From Flaccisagitta enflata (lineage: Eukaryota): 64,000 nucleotides of DNA. Position numbers and translations under genes: made by a program. Below, piece after piece: positions 1-12,127 of this stretch. A model generated the notes under the pieces. That model was not told the origin of the DNA. It worked only from the letters and a program-made list of their open reading frames with translations, and ran no database searches. The DNA is taken from contig OZ231126.1 of NCBI GenBank assembly GCA_965153355.1, positions 33,790,001 through 33,854,000 of the forward strand, given 5' to 3'. Numbering within the stretch: the first letter of the stretch is position 1; every line of letters begins with the position of its first letter.

Positions 1-747
1 CGACATAGTAAAATGAAGTGAACGCGACTAGAATATTTTTAACAATTAACGAATTTCTCTCTGTCGATCTATCTGCCCGATTGGCTGCGACATCTCTCGA
101 GACAGGTTGCCCATTGGACCAACTTAATCGTGTTTGTGTGAGAGTGACTGTCAGTGTGAGAGTGTGTAAATAAGTAGCTCGCCACAATTCCCAATGTAGG
201 GGACAGGAGGTCAAGTTGATTTACCAAAACCTCCACCTTGTTTTTGGGCTCTAGTCAGTGTACGGTAGTGAATTGTATCTAAAATCAAATTCCACCATGT
301 TGCAACATAGTATGAAGGATATTGTTCCACTTGTCATACTGCCCCTGCTCACGCGCATAATTGCCCTTGTCCACCCAAATTACTGCCCCTGCCCACCCAA
401 AAGCGGCTACTTATTTGACGTGTGTTCGGACTTGTTGTCTTATCTTTCACCGCCAAAAAATAGTTATACGTCTGCGGAAAATGGCGAAAAAGTTATAATG
501 CGATCGACCTGAAGGCGAAAAAAATAATTCTTTAACAGCGATTTGACTGCCTGAAGTGAAAAAGAACATTTTTTTTTATTGAAGAGCAATCTCCAATGAT
601 TTTTTTCAAATCTGATCTAATACGTCAATCCGCCGAAAAGTCGTCCCAAACAGAACGAATTAGCGCGAACAAAACAAGAACGACGACGACGGCACAAACG
701 ACAACGAGAGAACTGCTGCAGCAGCAGAAGGAAACAAACGAAAATTG

Positions 748-962
748 AACAAGTAACCATGAGTTACAATATCGTTGCGGACGGGTGGGCAGGGGCTTAC
801 AACCCCCATTCCCCCATCCTATGCTCACTTACACATATATTCATAACTGCAGCATCATAAATGTGTGTTTCCACACTTATTTACTCGATCACCACGGGCC
901 AATGGACGGACAGACGGACTTACAAAGCTTCTTATAGAACTGCGTGTCCGCACCTTAAAAAA
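748..962 (-). mobile_element. Short HINE/DINE-1-like non-autonomous Helentron-type element
   Basis: Reads AACAAG...GTTGCGGACGGGTGGGCAGGGG, then a (GGAC)n tract, then TATAGAACTGCGTGTCCGCA...AAAA. Same layout as 37485-37651. Confidence 0.6.
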
Positions 963-1225
963 GAAGAAAGTATAGCAAGAAATTGAAGAAAGAATGGAAC
1001 AAACAAACAAACAAACAAACAAACAAACAAACAAACCAAGAAAAAGAGGCAGAAAAGAACTGAGACACAAAAAAAATTGAACACAAGTGGTGGATTTGGC
1101 GTTGTCATCTGCAGTGTTCTCTTCGCATTTGTGACAGCTCTTTTCCTCACATTCGAGCCTCGACGACGACAAGGCGAAGACGGCGGAAACTCCTCCCACT
1201 TCTTCCTTTTCCATTCCGTTTGACA

Positions 1226-1870
1226 ATGGATGGTAAAATGACGATCTAATGGCACAAACACACACTATGCTGAACTGAATGGAAAATGGTAACATGACTA
1301 TCTTATGGCACAAACACACACTAAGCTGAACTGAATGGAAAATGGCAAAATGACTATCTAATGACACACAACACTAAACTGAACTGAATGGAAAATGGTA
1401 AAATGACTATCTAATGGCACAGACACACACTAAGCTGAACTGAATGGAAAATGGTACAATGACAATCTAATGGCACAAACATACATTAAGCTAAATTGAA
1501 TGGAAATGGTACAATGACGATTTAATGGCACAGACGCACAGATTACTTAACTAAATGGTAAATGGTAAAATAACGATCTAATGGCACAAACAAACAAGCT
1601 GAACTGAATGGAAATTGACGCAATAAGGATCTTATGGCTCAGGCACACAGATGGCTACACTGAATGGAAAATGGTTCAATGACGATCTAATGGCACTGAC
1701 ACACAGTAAGCTAAATCAAATGGAAAACATTGAAATGACAATCTAAAGGCACTGACTCACAGTAAGCTGAACAGAATGGCAAATAGTAAAATGACTACCT
1801 AATAGCACAGACACAGAATGAGTTAAAGATGCTAGGGGACGATCTAATGGCATAGACTGAACTGAATAGC
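1226..1870. repeat. 56-bp minisatellite, about 11 diverging copies
   Basis: Unit ATGGAAAATGGTAAAATGACTATCTAATGGCACAAACACACACTAAGCTGAACTGA recurs at 1279, 1335, 1388, 1444, 1500 and onward, decaying rightwards. Confidence 0.9.
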
Positions 1871-2716
1871 AAAAGGCAAAGATGATAGTATAATGACCCG
1901 GGCACACCCTTAAAGTTACAACAAAAACATTTCTTTATAATGCATATTTGTCAAACACCTGTACAAAGAATTTGAGTGACTAATATAATCAAACAACGTT
2001 AGCGTTTACCACCATAGGCATAGATCCGTATGAAAGCCAATGGAAACTGAAAAATTGCATCATATGGATACAATCCACTAATATTCCATACTAGTTGACA
2101 TCGCCGCTGCGAGGTTTTATCATCATCAAGCCGCCATCAATTTCGGTCTTCGACAAGCCTCGACTAAAAGAGGGGGGGGGAAGGGTGGCGAGAGCATTTG
2201 CGTTCATGTCATTGAAATGACAGCCCGGCAACAAGACAAGCGTCACTTGATCGTGACAGTATTTCAATGACGCGATTCTCGGCTCATCTAACAAGCACGA
2301 TCAGCTCAGGCAATGATGTATCCTAACCGTCTCTGAGAGCATTGAATTTTGCGCTTAACATGACATCTGCAGTTTCTCTGTATGCACCTAAAAATGCTTT
2401 AAAATCTTCCCAGTCGTGAAAATCAATGTAAATGTTTCACTGTTTTAGGAAAAGACGTGGTGGACGTATGGACCAACGAAATGACCGATGGACCGTCGGA
2501 GGGACAGACCCTCTTATAGAGATGCAAGGACGCATCTAACTTCTAAGAAAAACAGCCTCAAACACAATTTAATAAAGTTTCACAATTGATTCAATTCTGA
2601 TTCAATTTTCCCACGCATAATTGGTTTGCTTTTATCGAGTTACAAAACGACAAATCCTTACGATATTTTCTGGCATTTGAGTTTTCAACCAACATACAAC
2701 ACATTCACGTGGCGAT

Positions 2717-2802
2717 ATTTTTAGTCGCGGACACGCACACATTTCTTTTTTCCGCTCCTGCCCACCCGTCTGCGACTAAGGGAGATTGTATACGGCCTTG
2801 TT
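2717..2802 (+). mobile_element. Internally deleted mini-HINE
   Basis: 5' TTTTAGTCGCGGACACGC joined almost directly to the 3' block GCTCCTGCCCACCCGTCTGCGACT...GGCCTTGTT. Confidence 0.6.
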
Positions 2803-3418
2803 CACTGAGTAATGCGACGTATAAGGCGGTTTACCATCAGAGAAAAACTGTCGTAAATTCATGGAAACGACAATAACAAAGAATTTTTATCCGTCATTAA
2901 AAAATAAGCTTCCCTAGCCTTAAAAGAGTACAGATATTTGCGCAAATTAATGCCGAGACATTTTCTACAAACCTGTCACAAAATACAACCAAGAAAGTAA
3001 AAGGATTTGACATCGAAAATGCAGCTAAATTTAGCCAAATATTTACGACAGAAAAAGCGAGATGCCATAAGGTAGACAGTTAAGGGGTTGTCGTATAGGG
3101 AAAATATCGCGATAATAGACTTAATACAACCCCTTTATTGGAACATGCTTACGTGCCCTTGAGACAACACTGCATTTGTCATTTCCATTCTTGGCCATTC
3201 TTGGCATAGATGGGTCTTTCCAGCTCAGAAACCTGTTTTGGCCACAAGTCCGGTTGCGCCTTTTTCTGTTTGGAACTCATGCTGATACTGAAATTGGTTC
3301 CACTTCCATGAATGCATTCGAACTTTACCGAAAACGTGGTCGGATGAACGTGAGCGGGTGTTCTGGGTTGCCGGGGGTGGAAGAGGTTCAATAGCCATTT
3401 TGGCAGGGACAGTGTTGT

Positions 3419-3924
3419 AACAAGTCATCCAAGGATCGCACATGGTCAGCGGTACCCGATGCCCTGCTCAGAGTGATCAGCTGAAGAAGTGGAGTGAGAG
3501 CAGGGCAGCGGCCCCAAGGGGCCGATCTCCTGTATGACACAGGGGTGAATTTCCTTACGTCCTGAGAAGGCATATTTCAGGCCTTTGGGGCAATTATCCA
3601 TGATATTGATATTGAGTTTTTACATTTTTTTACCAATTTCTTGTCAATTTTCCATGTTATTCAATGTGAACATTATTTTTTTTTCAATTTTCCATGATAT
3701 CCATTTGTAATTCTTTTTTTTTCATTTTTCTGTTAATTTTCCATGTTATTTGATGGAAAATTTGCATCTTTTTATTTTCCCATGTTGTTCAAGGAGAATT
3801 TGAGAAGTTTTGGGGGGACTTACAGACGGATGTACGTACGTATGGACAGACGGATGGACGGACGTAAGGAAATTCACCTCTGTGTCCTACAGGACATCGG
3901 CCCTTTGGGGCCGCTGTCCAAAAA
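3419..3924 (-). mobile_element. HINE-like family B element (GGGCAGCGGCCCC subterminal inverted repeats)
   Basis: Imperfect inverted repeats of about 60 bp at 3503-3562 and 3860-3919, a (GGAC/GGAT)n tract, degenerate T-rich internal repeats, and an asymmetric tail ...GGTACCGCTGACCATGTGCGATCCTTGGATGACTTGTT on the minus strand. Confidence 0.7.
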
Positions 3925-4585
3925 GGGCCCGTAAAGCGTGTCACAAACGGACTCACAGACCGACAGACAGTCTTTTTATCTCTCTCTCTCTGTCAGGTTA
4001 TTTCCATCCTCCTAGCATCTACTATACTCTCTCTCTCTCTCTCTCTCTCTGCGCACCAGGTTTTAGCTTGATTGCGATATCGCCCCCTTTTGCTTTTTTC
4101 GGCATCAACTTTTCGTGTTCTTTTTTTTTTAATTTGGGTTTTGGCAGTTTTGGTTGACCACATTTTAGAATATTCTATTAGCGAGTCCGCGCCAAAAGTC
4201 GATCTTCGGTGGGAATCATCCCAAAGATAGTCTCACAACCTCAACCAAACCAAAACGGGATTATATTAAAAAGGAATTTACAAATTTGTCATCACATCAT
4301 TAAATCTTTCTTTCTCTGTTTTCCATTCAGCTTTGTCAAATATTAAGAGGCAAGTATGATATGTGTAACATGTCTGTGAGGAGAAAAGGTAGAGGGATTA
4401 GCAAATTAGGAATTACCAAATTGACGGCTTCAGACGACCTGAATTACTGGATTTAAGTCGGGGACGAGTATATATCTGGTGGTGGGTGGCATTCTTTTGT
4501 GTTGTCGGCAGGTCTGCCATTAATCTATTTTTATTTTCGGGTCTTTTTCCGTCTGCTTGTCTGTCTGTCGGCAATTTTCTTTCAT

Positions 4586-4586
4586 T

Positions 4587-4656
<70 letters not shown>
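4586..4656. repeat. (TTTC)n microsatellite
   Basis: Read directly from the sequence. Confidence 0.95.
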
Positions 4657-4657
<1 letters not shown>

Positions 4658-5302
4658 ATTTTTTCATCTTTTCCGTCTTTCTTTCTTCCTTTCTTTTAAC
4701 ACTACCTACTGAAAAGGCTGCTTGCAATTTCGAATGAAACCTGGGAGGAAATGTGCAACGGAGATAAGCGCATCGCGTATTTCAATAACACGGATGTGAT
4801 TGATTTCCTAAGCGTAATTCGAGCTTTCTGCTTTCCTATGAAGCCTATGTATTATATTTAATCAATTCGATGGCATCTCAATATTATTTTAACATTTCCA
4901 TTCTGAACGTGTGGAGATGGATTCTATCTCTTCCTACCCTGATTTGATCTGTCATCTACAACAATTGGAGAAAAGTCGATTTATGTAATCCGACTTTTTA
5001 AACCGCAGGGGAGAAATAGTTTTCCATTTTTGATTTGGGGTAATTTTAGCAAGTTGGGCCTATTTCCGAGTGGGATGATACATTTTTTGATAATCGAAGC
5101 TAAGCAAGAGCTAATCTTTCTTTCAAATGGCGCCAACCAGAAGTCTCTAGGTTGATTATTTTTCATGTTATGATTTTTTTTAATCTTTTTTTATATTTTT
5201 GCATTTTTCAAATTTTTCCCTAAGGTTGATATTTTCTATTCATCCTAATTTCAGTCCTTATGAAGTGTGCAACAAAAAGTAAGAATGTTCATCTGATGAA
5301 AA

Positions 5303-5517
5303 TTTTTAGTCGCGTGCTACGCGACTCTACACCCCGCTTTGTCGGTCCGTCTGTCCGTCGGCCCGTCGGTCCGTCTGTCGGTCCGTCACACTTTACTTTT
5401 TTTTGGGTTTTTGGGATTTTTGGCTTCACTGCTCCTGCCCAAATGATCTGGTGACCACAATTACGGCCCCTGCCCACCCCCACGCGACTGGGGTAGCCGT
5501 GTATCCGGCCTTGTTTT
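5303..5517 (+). mobile_element. Complete short HINE/DINE-1-like element, family A
   Basis: 5' near-palindrome AGTCGCGTGCTACGCGACT, a (GTCG/GTCC)n microsatellite, 3' subterminal repeat CACGCGACT and terminal GTGTATCCGGCCTTGTT. Both ends lie in T runs and there is no TSD. Confidence 0.8.
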
Positions 5518-6029
5518 ATTGAAATAGTCTTTAAAAAAGTGTTGAATTTTTTCATAACTATTAAAGTGCAACAGACTGAATTCCTGTAAAGTATATGCTT
5601 CCACTCATAAACATACAAAATCAAACTTAGGCTATGACCCCTAACTTTGTGGTTAAAGAAGTAATTATCAAAAACCTTTGAATTAGTATTTTGTAAACAG
5701 GCATAAAGGCAGTTGTTCTTACCCTTAGATAATTTTTCTTAAATTTATAGAATATTTGGTTCATGGGATAAAGTTATATGCTGGCTTCTGGCATTGTCTA
5801 GGACTGACAAGTCAGCTAGGTAACAAAACCATATTTTAGGTATGTATGTGTATGTAATGGAAGCTTACACTATATACATGTCCAAATTCTTTTCATTTTT
5901 TCCTCAGATGTTTTGATTTTGGTAATTGTATGAGTTTTCTAGGATGAATTGTTGCACATGTCACAATTTACATGAAGTAAGGAGTTGGGGGTGTCTAAAT
6001 TCCCCAACTTAATTCCTTCCTCTCAAATA

Positions 6030-6205
6030 CAGTAGGACCCCGCCTCATCGGTCCCATTGGGACTGAAGATTTTTCACCTTTATCTCAGGGTTACCTTTAA
6101 AGAGAGGTAAAATAACATTGAATACTATCATTTGGGACCTAAAAAGGTTGACCTTTATTGATGGGGAACCTTTAAAGGCGGGGCTTTTATTGCGGGGTCC
6201 CACTG
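6030..6205. mobile_element. 176-bp Tc1/mariner(pogo)-type MITE
   Basis: TIRs CAGTAGGACCCCGC and GCGGGGTCCCACTG (1 mismatch), flanked by TA on both sides. Confidence 0.8.
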
Positions 6206-6261
6206 TATATCTAAAAGGGTGGGACATGGACAATTTTTGCTGAAAACAATTAAAGGGAATA

Positions 6262-6864
6262 ACAATGGCAAAAAAAAAAACTAGACGCTCAATATTTATC
6301 AATAACTTGTAAACCACTTAAATTTTTTGCTTAAAATCCATGAGCATTTAAAAGAGCTTCAAAAACTCTACAAATCTAGACCAAGCAGAAATCTTTAGCT
6401 CAATTCGTTTAGAAATGACATAAGTTTAAAGTTCAGTACTCAAATTCTTGATTGACGAATAGAGCAGATTTCAGCGCCAAAAAACATGACACGTTTTGTC
6501 TTACATATTCTGTAAAACGCAAAAATGAAATAAACAATACGAAATCAAAGGTGAAAATGAAGTATTTTTAATTCTCTACAAGATGGAATCAAGCAGAAAT
6601 CATGATTTTGGTTCGTTTACAAGCTGTATCAATACAAAGTTGGTTACTGTAAAAAAGATGGAAGCAAGATTTGAGTTTTTTGAGTAGTTATCTTTAAATT
6701 ATCATAACTTCTAAAGTTCTGAAGCTAGAATGATCGGAAGGAACTCAAATGAAAGATTTTTTGAAGATCTTTAAAACTGTCATGGATTAAAAGGTTCTAG
6801 CATTTTCTAGTACGACTCAATCAACAGTCAAAAGATCGCGTCTAGTTTTTTTCTTTGCCACTGT
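6262..6864. mobile_element. 603-bp TA-flanked MITE, copy 1
   Basis: 27-bp TIRs ACAATGGCAAAAAAAAAAACTAGACGC and GCGTCTAGTTTTTTTCTTTGCCACTGT, TA on both sides. Near-identical copy at 12128-12730. Confidence 0.9.
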
Positions 6865-6875
6865 TATCTTTTTTT

Positions 6876-7115
6876 GGGTCATGTTAGGTAATTCAATCCA
6901 GAGCACTTGTTTTTACCCACAAGGACAAATCCACAATTCAAGCTTACTCAAGCTTAAACATAAGACCAAACCCACACCTAACCCTCACCCTATCCCTACT
7001 CTATCCATATTCTATCCCTAACCCTAAAACCCACCCCATCCCTAACCCTAATCCCACCCCTAACCCTAAAACATTACCCGCTTAAAAACACTTAAAAACA
7101 AAAGACACGGATTGC
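6876..7115 (-). repeat. Interspersed repeat containing degenerate (CCCTAA)n telomere-like units
   Basis: CCCTAA/CCCTAT variants at 6968-7068. The block is the reverse complement of 11968-12127 plus 12733-12800. Confidence 0.7.
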
Positions 7116-7396
7116 CATTGTGAACGTGACCAAAAGGGCTTCATCTTCTATGAAGATATATCATGGGATGATAGGTCTCCATGAAGGGTAAAGTAAACTT
7201 ATCCATATGAAAAAATAAAAGTCCTCACTCTAAAAAAATAATAATATTGTAACATACAGTCTCTGGTCATCAGTTGGAGACCTGTACCCTATTGAGTTTT
7301 GGCCATTTAACTCCAATAACAAGAAAGAAGAGTCAACATGTTACGCACATTGACTGACTTTTATGACCTAACTTTCGACTCGCATTTTACCCTGTT

Positions 7397-7406
7397 AGAG
7401 AGAGAA

Positions 7407-7492
<86 letters not shown>
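7397..7492. repeat. (AG)n microsatellite
   Basis: Read directly. Similar (AG)/(TC) tracts lie at 8093-8181, 21264-21358, 26565-26620, 31342-31431, 33991-34079, 38437-38495 and in the duplicated block. Confidence 0.95.
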
Positions 7493-7497
<5 letters not shown>

Positions 7498-8049
7498 AAG
7501 AGGGAGAGAGACACACACCTCAGTGGCCAAGTTGGTAACTTGGTTACCAGATCTGGTAACTTGGGAGCATCCCCTAGTAACTTGAAAAGGCATCTAGTAA
7601 CTAAGTAACCTGTCTGGTAACTAATTGAAATTTTGTCTGGTAACTTTGGTAATTTTGGTAATCTGGGACAAAAATTTGGTAATTTGGGTAATTTTTTAGA
7701 TGTTTTGAATAAATAATTTCTCTCTCTCTCTCTCGTCCTTACTCTCACTCTAAGAGATTGCTGTTTCCTGTTTTACCCAAAAAAATTGTAAATCTGTTAA
7801 AATCAGAGGCTATTTTTAGTGGTAGACAAGAAATTTTTCACATTGTTGTGCTGGTTCCTTTGTTCATCTGTCAATCCTATTATTGATGCTTCTATCAGTC
7901 CATCTATTATATTTCCAAATTCCAGGTACTGGTACTGGTACTGGTTTTCTTATGGGTTTTTAAGTCAATTTGAATCATAGGTATCATCAATGTTGAGTTA
8001 GGTATTGCTCTTGCCTTCCCATTTGCGACTTTTGCACTTTGTAGGGTTT

Positions 8050-8092
8050 GTTGCTAATCGCCGTAGGAAAAAAAAATAAATGCTGGGAGAAA

Positions 8093-8186
<94 letters not shown>

Positions 8187-8354
8187 AGACAAGAGAGACA
8201 AGAGAGACAAAAGAGACAAGAGAGACAAGAGAGACAAATTTAAGAGAAAGAGAAGAGCGACAGAAACAGAGAGACAAGAGAAAAGGAAAGGGAGACAGAG
8301 AGAGACAGACAGAGAGAGACACAGAGAGAGACAGAAAGAGAAACAGGGAGAGAA

Positions 8355-8408
<54 letters not shown>

Positions 8409-9350
8409 TGAGAGACAGACAGACAGACAAACAGACAGAGAGCAGGAGCAAGCAGGGTCAAATTTGAGTGATTTGAAAATTAGTGTCATATTGACTTTTT
8501 TTCATGTTACATAGGGTCGAAAATAGGATCAACGAAATATATTGATCTTTAGGAAAAAAGGGAAAAATGCGAAAAAATGACAAAAGATTTGAAAAATCAT
8601 AGCTCCAAAACTATTAATTGCACAGAATTCTGCTTGGCGTCATCTGAAAGAGCAGCATTAGCTCTTTCTTAGCTTTTAATTTCATGCATAGGTTTTTTCG
8701 GGCCCCCAAAACTTACACCGTCTTTGGATCGGACTGTAAAATGCAAAACCTTTATAGCTCCTAAACCACTTGGAAAAAAGTCATGAAATTTTCAGTGAAT
8801 ATTGGTAACATGTGACAGTTTTTGCATGTCAAAGCTCAGATCATAGTATGGAAAAGATGAGGGGAAAGCAAAATATTGAAAGAATATCCATTTTTTAAGC
8901 AAAATTGCTTTTTTCCCTGTTTTTTTTTGGAAGGTGCGGTTTTTTTTTCAAAGAATATGCAAGAAAAAGACAATATATAAGTTAACATCTGTCATCAAAA
9001 ATAAATCAAGAATTTTTGTTGAAATGCAAAGCAATTTCAAGCAGATAAAGACAACTTCATCCTAAGGAAATGGGGAAAAATTGATCCTATTTAAAAGATG
9101 GGTTTTCTTTTAATATTTCTTTTTCCCTCACCTTTTCTATACTATGATCTGAGCTTTGACATGCAAAAACCGTCACATGTTACCAATATTCACTGAAAAT
9201 TTCATGATTTTTTTCCTAGTGGTTTAGGAGCTATAAAGGTTTTGCATTTTACAGTCCAATCCGAAGACGGTGTATTAACTTCCTTAAACCACACATGAAA
9301 AAAAGGGAAAATCAAAAAGCCGAAGGTATTCTTCGACTTTCTTCCAAATT
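8050..9350 (+). repeat. Interspersed repeat with internal (AG)/(AGAC) microsatellite, interrupted by a MITE
   Basis: Shares CTAATCGCCGTAGGAAAAAA, ATCATAGCTCCAAAACTA, CACAGAATTCTGCTTGGCGTCATCTGAAAG and TCTTCGACTTT with the uninterrupted copies at 31705-32172 and 60824-61292. Confidence 0.75.
8716..9272. mobile_element. 557-bp long-TIR MITE with TA TSD
   Basis: Inverted arms of about 150 bp, CACCGTCTTTGGATCGGACTGTAAAATGC... and ...GCATTTTACAGTCCAATCCGAAGACGGTG. An empty-site paralogue at about 32059-32082 reads CCCCCAAAATGTATCAACTTCC. Confidence 0.9.
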
Positions 9351-9618
9351 ATACAAAATTATGATTTTTTTTTATGCTAAAGAAGAACTCTAACGAAAGT
9401 AAAGTTAAAATCTAGAAAAACAAGCTTTATCTCTACCCCAAACCCTAACTCATCACTCTCTTGATAACATTTTAAAAACAAAAAGCTGGTAATGAATAGC
9501 AAGTATGGGGGATCATTGCTAGAGCATAACCGCTAACAGTGCATGACCGCCAAAAAGGCAAAGAACTTAATGCCCCATCAAAGATTTTGTTGTTATTTAT
9601 AAGTTAGCAATAACGCAA

Positions 9619-9956
9619 TAGAGGTGGGGGAAATGCACCTTAGTCAACAGATCAAGTTGCATGTGAAGGAAATGTCATAATATGATAAGAATAGATAGTA
9701 TGCCAAGTTTCAGGGCCTTTGGAACAGTTTCAGCCTAGCCCTCCACCCCCCTGATTTCCCATAGAAAATGTATAGGAATGATTTTGGCCTCAAAAGTTTC
9801 CTATCTTTTATAATGGGGCAGGAGGTGGGTGGAGGGCTAGGCTAAAACTGTTCCAAAGGCCCTGAAACTTGGCATACTATTTATTCTTATCATATTATGA
9901 CATTTCCTTCACGTGCAACTTGATCGGTTGACTAAAGTGCATTTCCCCCACCTCTA
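9619..9956. mobile_element. 338-bp long-TIR MITE with 9-bp TSD (MULE-like)
   Basis: Inverted arms of about 130 bp, TAGAGGTGGGGGAAATGCAC... and ...GTGCATTTCCCCCACCTCTA. Exact direct repeat ATAACGCAA at 9610-9618 and 9957-9965. Confidence 0.9.
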
Positions 9957-10153
9957 ATAACGCAACTTTACTAAAACATATTTTTGTGTCTAATTCCTTG
10001 ACATGTGAAGCTCATTTATACATTAAATTGATTACCCAACATGATTGTAGTAACCTAATATATATATTAAGATCTAGTTACTAATTTAGTATTTTGCGAA
10101 AAAAATCTGGTAACTATCTGGTAACCTGGCCAAATTCGGTGTTGGCAACTGAG

Positions 10154-10155
<2 letters not shown>

Positions 10156-10235
<80 letters not shown>
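10156..10235. repeat. (AC)n microsatellite
   Basis: Read directly. A (GT)n/(GC)n compound tract also lies at 38158-38320. Confidence 0.95.
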
Positions 10236-10242
<7 letters not shown>

Positions 10243-10391
10243 AAGACAGAGGAAGACAGAGACTGAAAGGGAAAAAAGAGACACATTGTACCTCTCCAGG
10301 TTTTTTTCTTTGCGTCAATACAATATCTTACTTAGCCTTGTCCGCCTCCTCGTTCGCATCCCTTCCGTTCCGACTTAACTTTTCTCAGTTT

Positions 10392-10710
10392 CAGGCCTGT
10401 ATATTGTTCCGTATTTCCGAAATAATCAAACGGTTTGGAGAAAGGGAAGGAAAAGGAAGGAGGAAAAAAAAAGAAAAAAAAAAGAAAAAAAGAAAACTTG
10501 GGAAATTATAACTTTTGGCAGTAAAAAATCATAAAACATGATAAGTTAAACACAATTTGACACTATTTGAATCTTAAACACCCAGTTTTAGTGGTTTATG
10601 GGGAAGAAAAACACAGATTTGGTAACGCGACGCAATGCGTGGTAGGAAGAAAATCAAAGGCAGGGGGGGGGGGGAAATAATCAAGGGTCATGGAATTATA
10701 TACACCCCTG
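10392..10710. mobile_element. 319-bp hAT-type MITE
   Basis: Imperfect TIRs CAGGCCTGTATATTGTTCC and GGAATTATATACACCCCTG. Exact 8-bp TSD CTCAGTTT at 10384-10391 and 10711-10718. Confidence 0.85.
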
Positions 10711-11012
10711 CTCAGTTTTATGTAAACTAGGAGAATCAAGTTCCCTCAAAACCAGAATAAAAATCATGACAAACTACATCAAGTATTTTTGTGGATTTAC
10801 CTCCTTTTAATCGTGTGACAGAAAACCAGAGAGACAGAAGGTGATAACGTTTCCTTTCTGGTGGAAACTATGAACGACGTCAATGCAAAGATGATAACGC
10901 CGCCTCCAATAATTTCCTCTGCCAAACGTCGTTGCCAGCTTCCCCACTAACCGCCACCTCCTAACCTCCAACCGTCGTTGTTGCTGCCATTGCTCGTTTA
11001 CAGTTCGAAGTA

Positions 11013-11596
11013 CCGGGTCATCCACCTGAGTTGTCGGATTATGTTAAGCTTTTACTCAAAAATGGTAGCAGTTATGTATTTGAAATTGATCTAGTCACAA
11101 TTCCAGCCATTTTGGTCAAGTAGTTTGTGTTTGACAAGGGTTTGAAGTAAAACTTTATGTTTTCCCACTGAACAGATTTTCCATCAAAATCCAAAGTTTT
11201 TCATGATAACATTGCATTTCTTTTTTGAGTAAACTGAGCCATTATTCCAGATAAGCCTTGAATAATGGACGATTCAAACAAATCAAATATCTTTTTTTCA
11301 ATTTATCCTTATCAAGACTAATCTGGTCTCTTTGGAGTGATTTTGTGAAAAAAATATTTTAAAAAATCAAGGTAAGCAAGATTCTTGATTTTCATGAAAA
11401 ATTTGTGCATGGGGATAATATCAGCTTTTACTTCAAATCTATGCAATAGACAAACTACTTGACCAAAATGGATGAAATTTTGATACAAAAAACGTCAAAG
11501 TATATTCTTTAAGACTAGATCAATTTTGAATACATGACTGCTACCATTTTTTAGTAAAAGCTTAACATAATCCGACAACTCAGGTGGATGACCCAG
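11013..11596. mobile_element. 584-bp long-TIR MITE with TA TSD (Tc1/mariner type)
   Basis: Arms of about 85 bp, CCGGGTCATCCACCTGAGTTGTCGGATTATGTTAAGCTTTTACT... and ...AGTAAAAGCTTAACATAATCCGACAACTCAGGTGGATGACCCAG, with further internal inverted blocks. Confidence 0.9.
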
Positions 11597-11850
11597 TAAG
11601 CCGTTAGAACCTCCTCAGCATAAAAAAAAAACAGCATTGTAGGGGAACGGACGTTAAAGATGTCATCTTATGTTGATTATTTTTGATTAGGCAAAAAAGT
11701 CATTTTGTCAAAAAAACATCTAGGTCTACGTGTAGAACGCGGCCAGACTTAGTTTGCAGTTATCCGACCTGACTTTCATCACTCAATTCGGTACAAATGA
11801 ACGGTTGTATGAAGTCTTTTATTTTTAAGACTTTTCAAGCGGGTTTTTAA

Positions 11851-12100
11851 ATTAGGGTTAGGGGTGGGTTTAGGGTTAGGGTTGGGGTTGGGGATGGTTC
11901 TAGGGTTAGGGTCAGGGACTAGGTTAGTGTTAGTATCAGGGCTAAGGTTGGTCACGTTAGTGATTTCAATCCGTGTCTTTTGTTTTTAGGAGTTTTTGAG
12001 CGGGTAATGTGTTAGGGTTAGGGGTAGGGTTAGGGTTAGGGATGGGGTGAGTTTTAGGGATAGGGTTGGGTAATAGATGGGGTTAGGGACAGGTGTGGGC
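11851..12100 (+). repeat. Degenerate (TTAGGG)n-like interstitial arrays within an interspersed repeat
   Basis: TTAGGG/TTGGGG/GTAGGG units at 11851-11950 and 12012-12090. A related TTTAGGGGTAGGGTTGGG array lies at 12960-13104. Confidence 0.7.
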
Positions 12101-12127
12101 TTGGTTTTGTATGTTTAAGTTCGAGTA

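Larger units (their letters stand above)
7519..10153. mobile_element. Probable hAT-type non-autonomous element expanded by nested insertions
   Basis: Ends CTCAGTGGCCAA and TTGGCAACTGAG, with many GGTAAC(T) subterminal repeats at 7533-7695 and 10075-10125. Flanks ACACACAC and AAACACAC match 7/8, but inside a microsatellite. Confidence 0.5.

Noticed and set aside
3176-3443. Overlapping ORFs of about 70 aa in unique sequence
   Set aside because: Short, with no recognisable homology or splice support, and partly overlapping a HINE end.
7338-8514. ERER/SLSL-type ORFs here, and similar ERER/SLSL/HTHT/CVCV ORFs at 10067-10378, 21127-21443, 31159-31929, 33857-34283, 37976-38643 and in the duplicate
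   Set aside because: They are translations of dinucleotide and tetranucleotide microsatellites, which lack stop codons in most frames.
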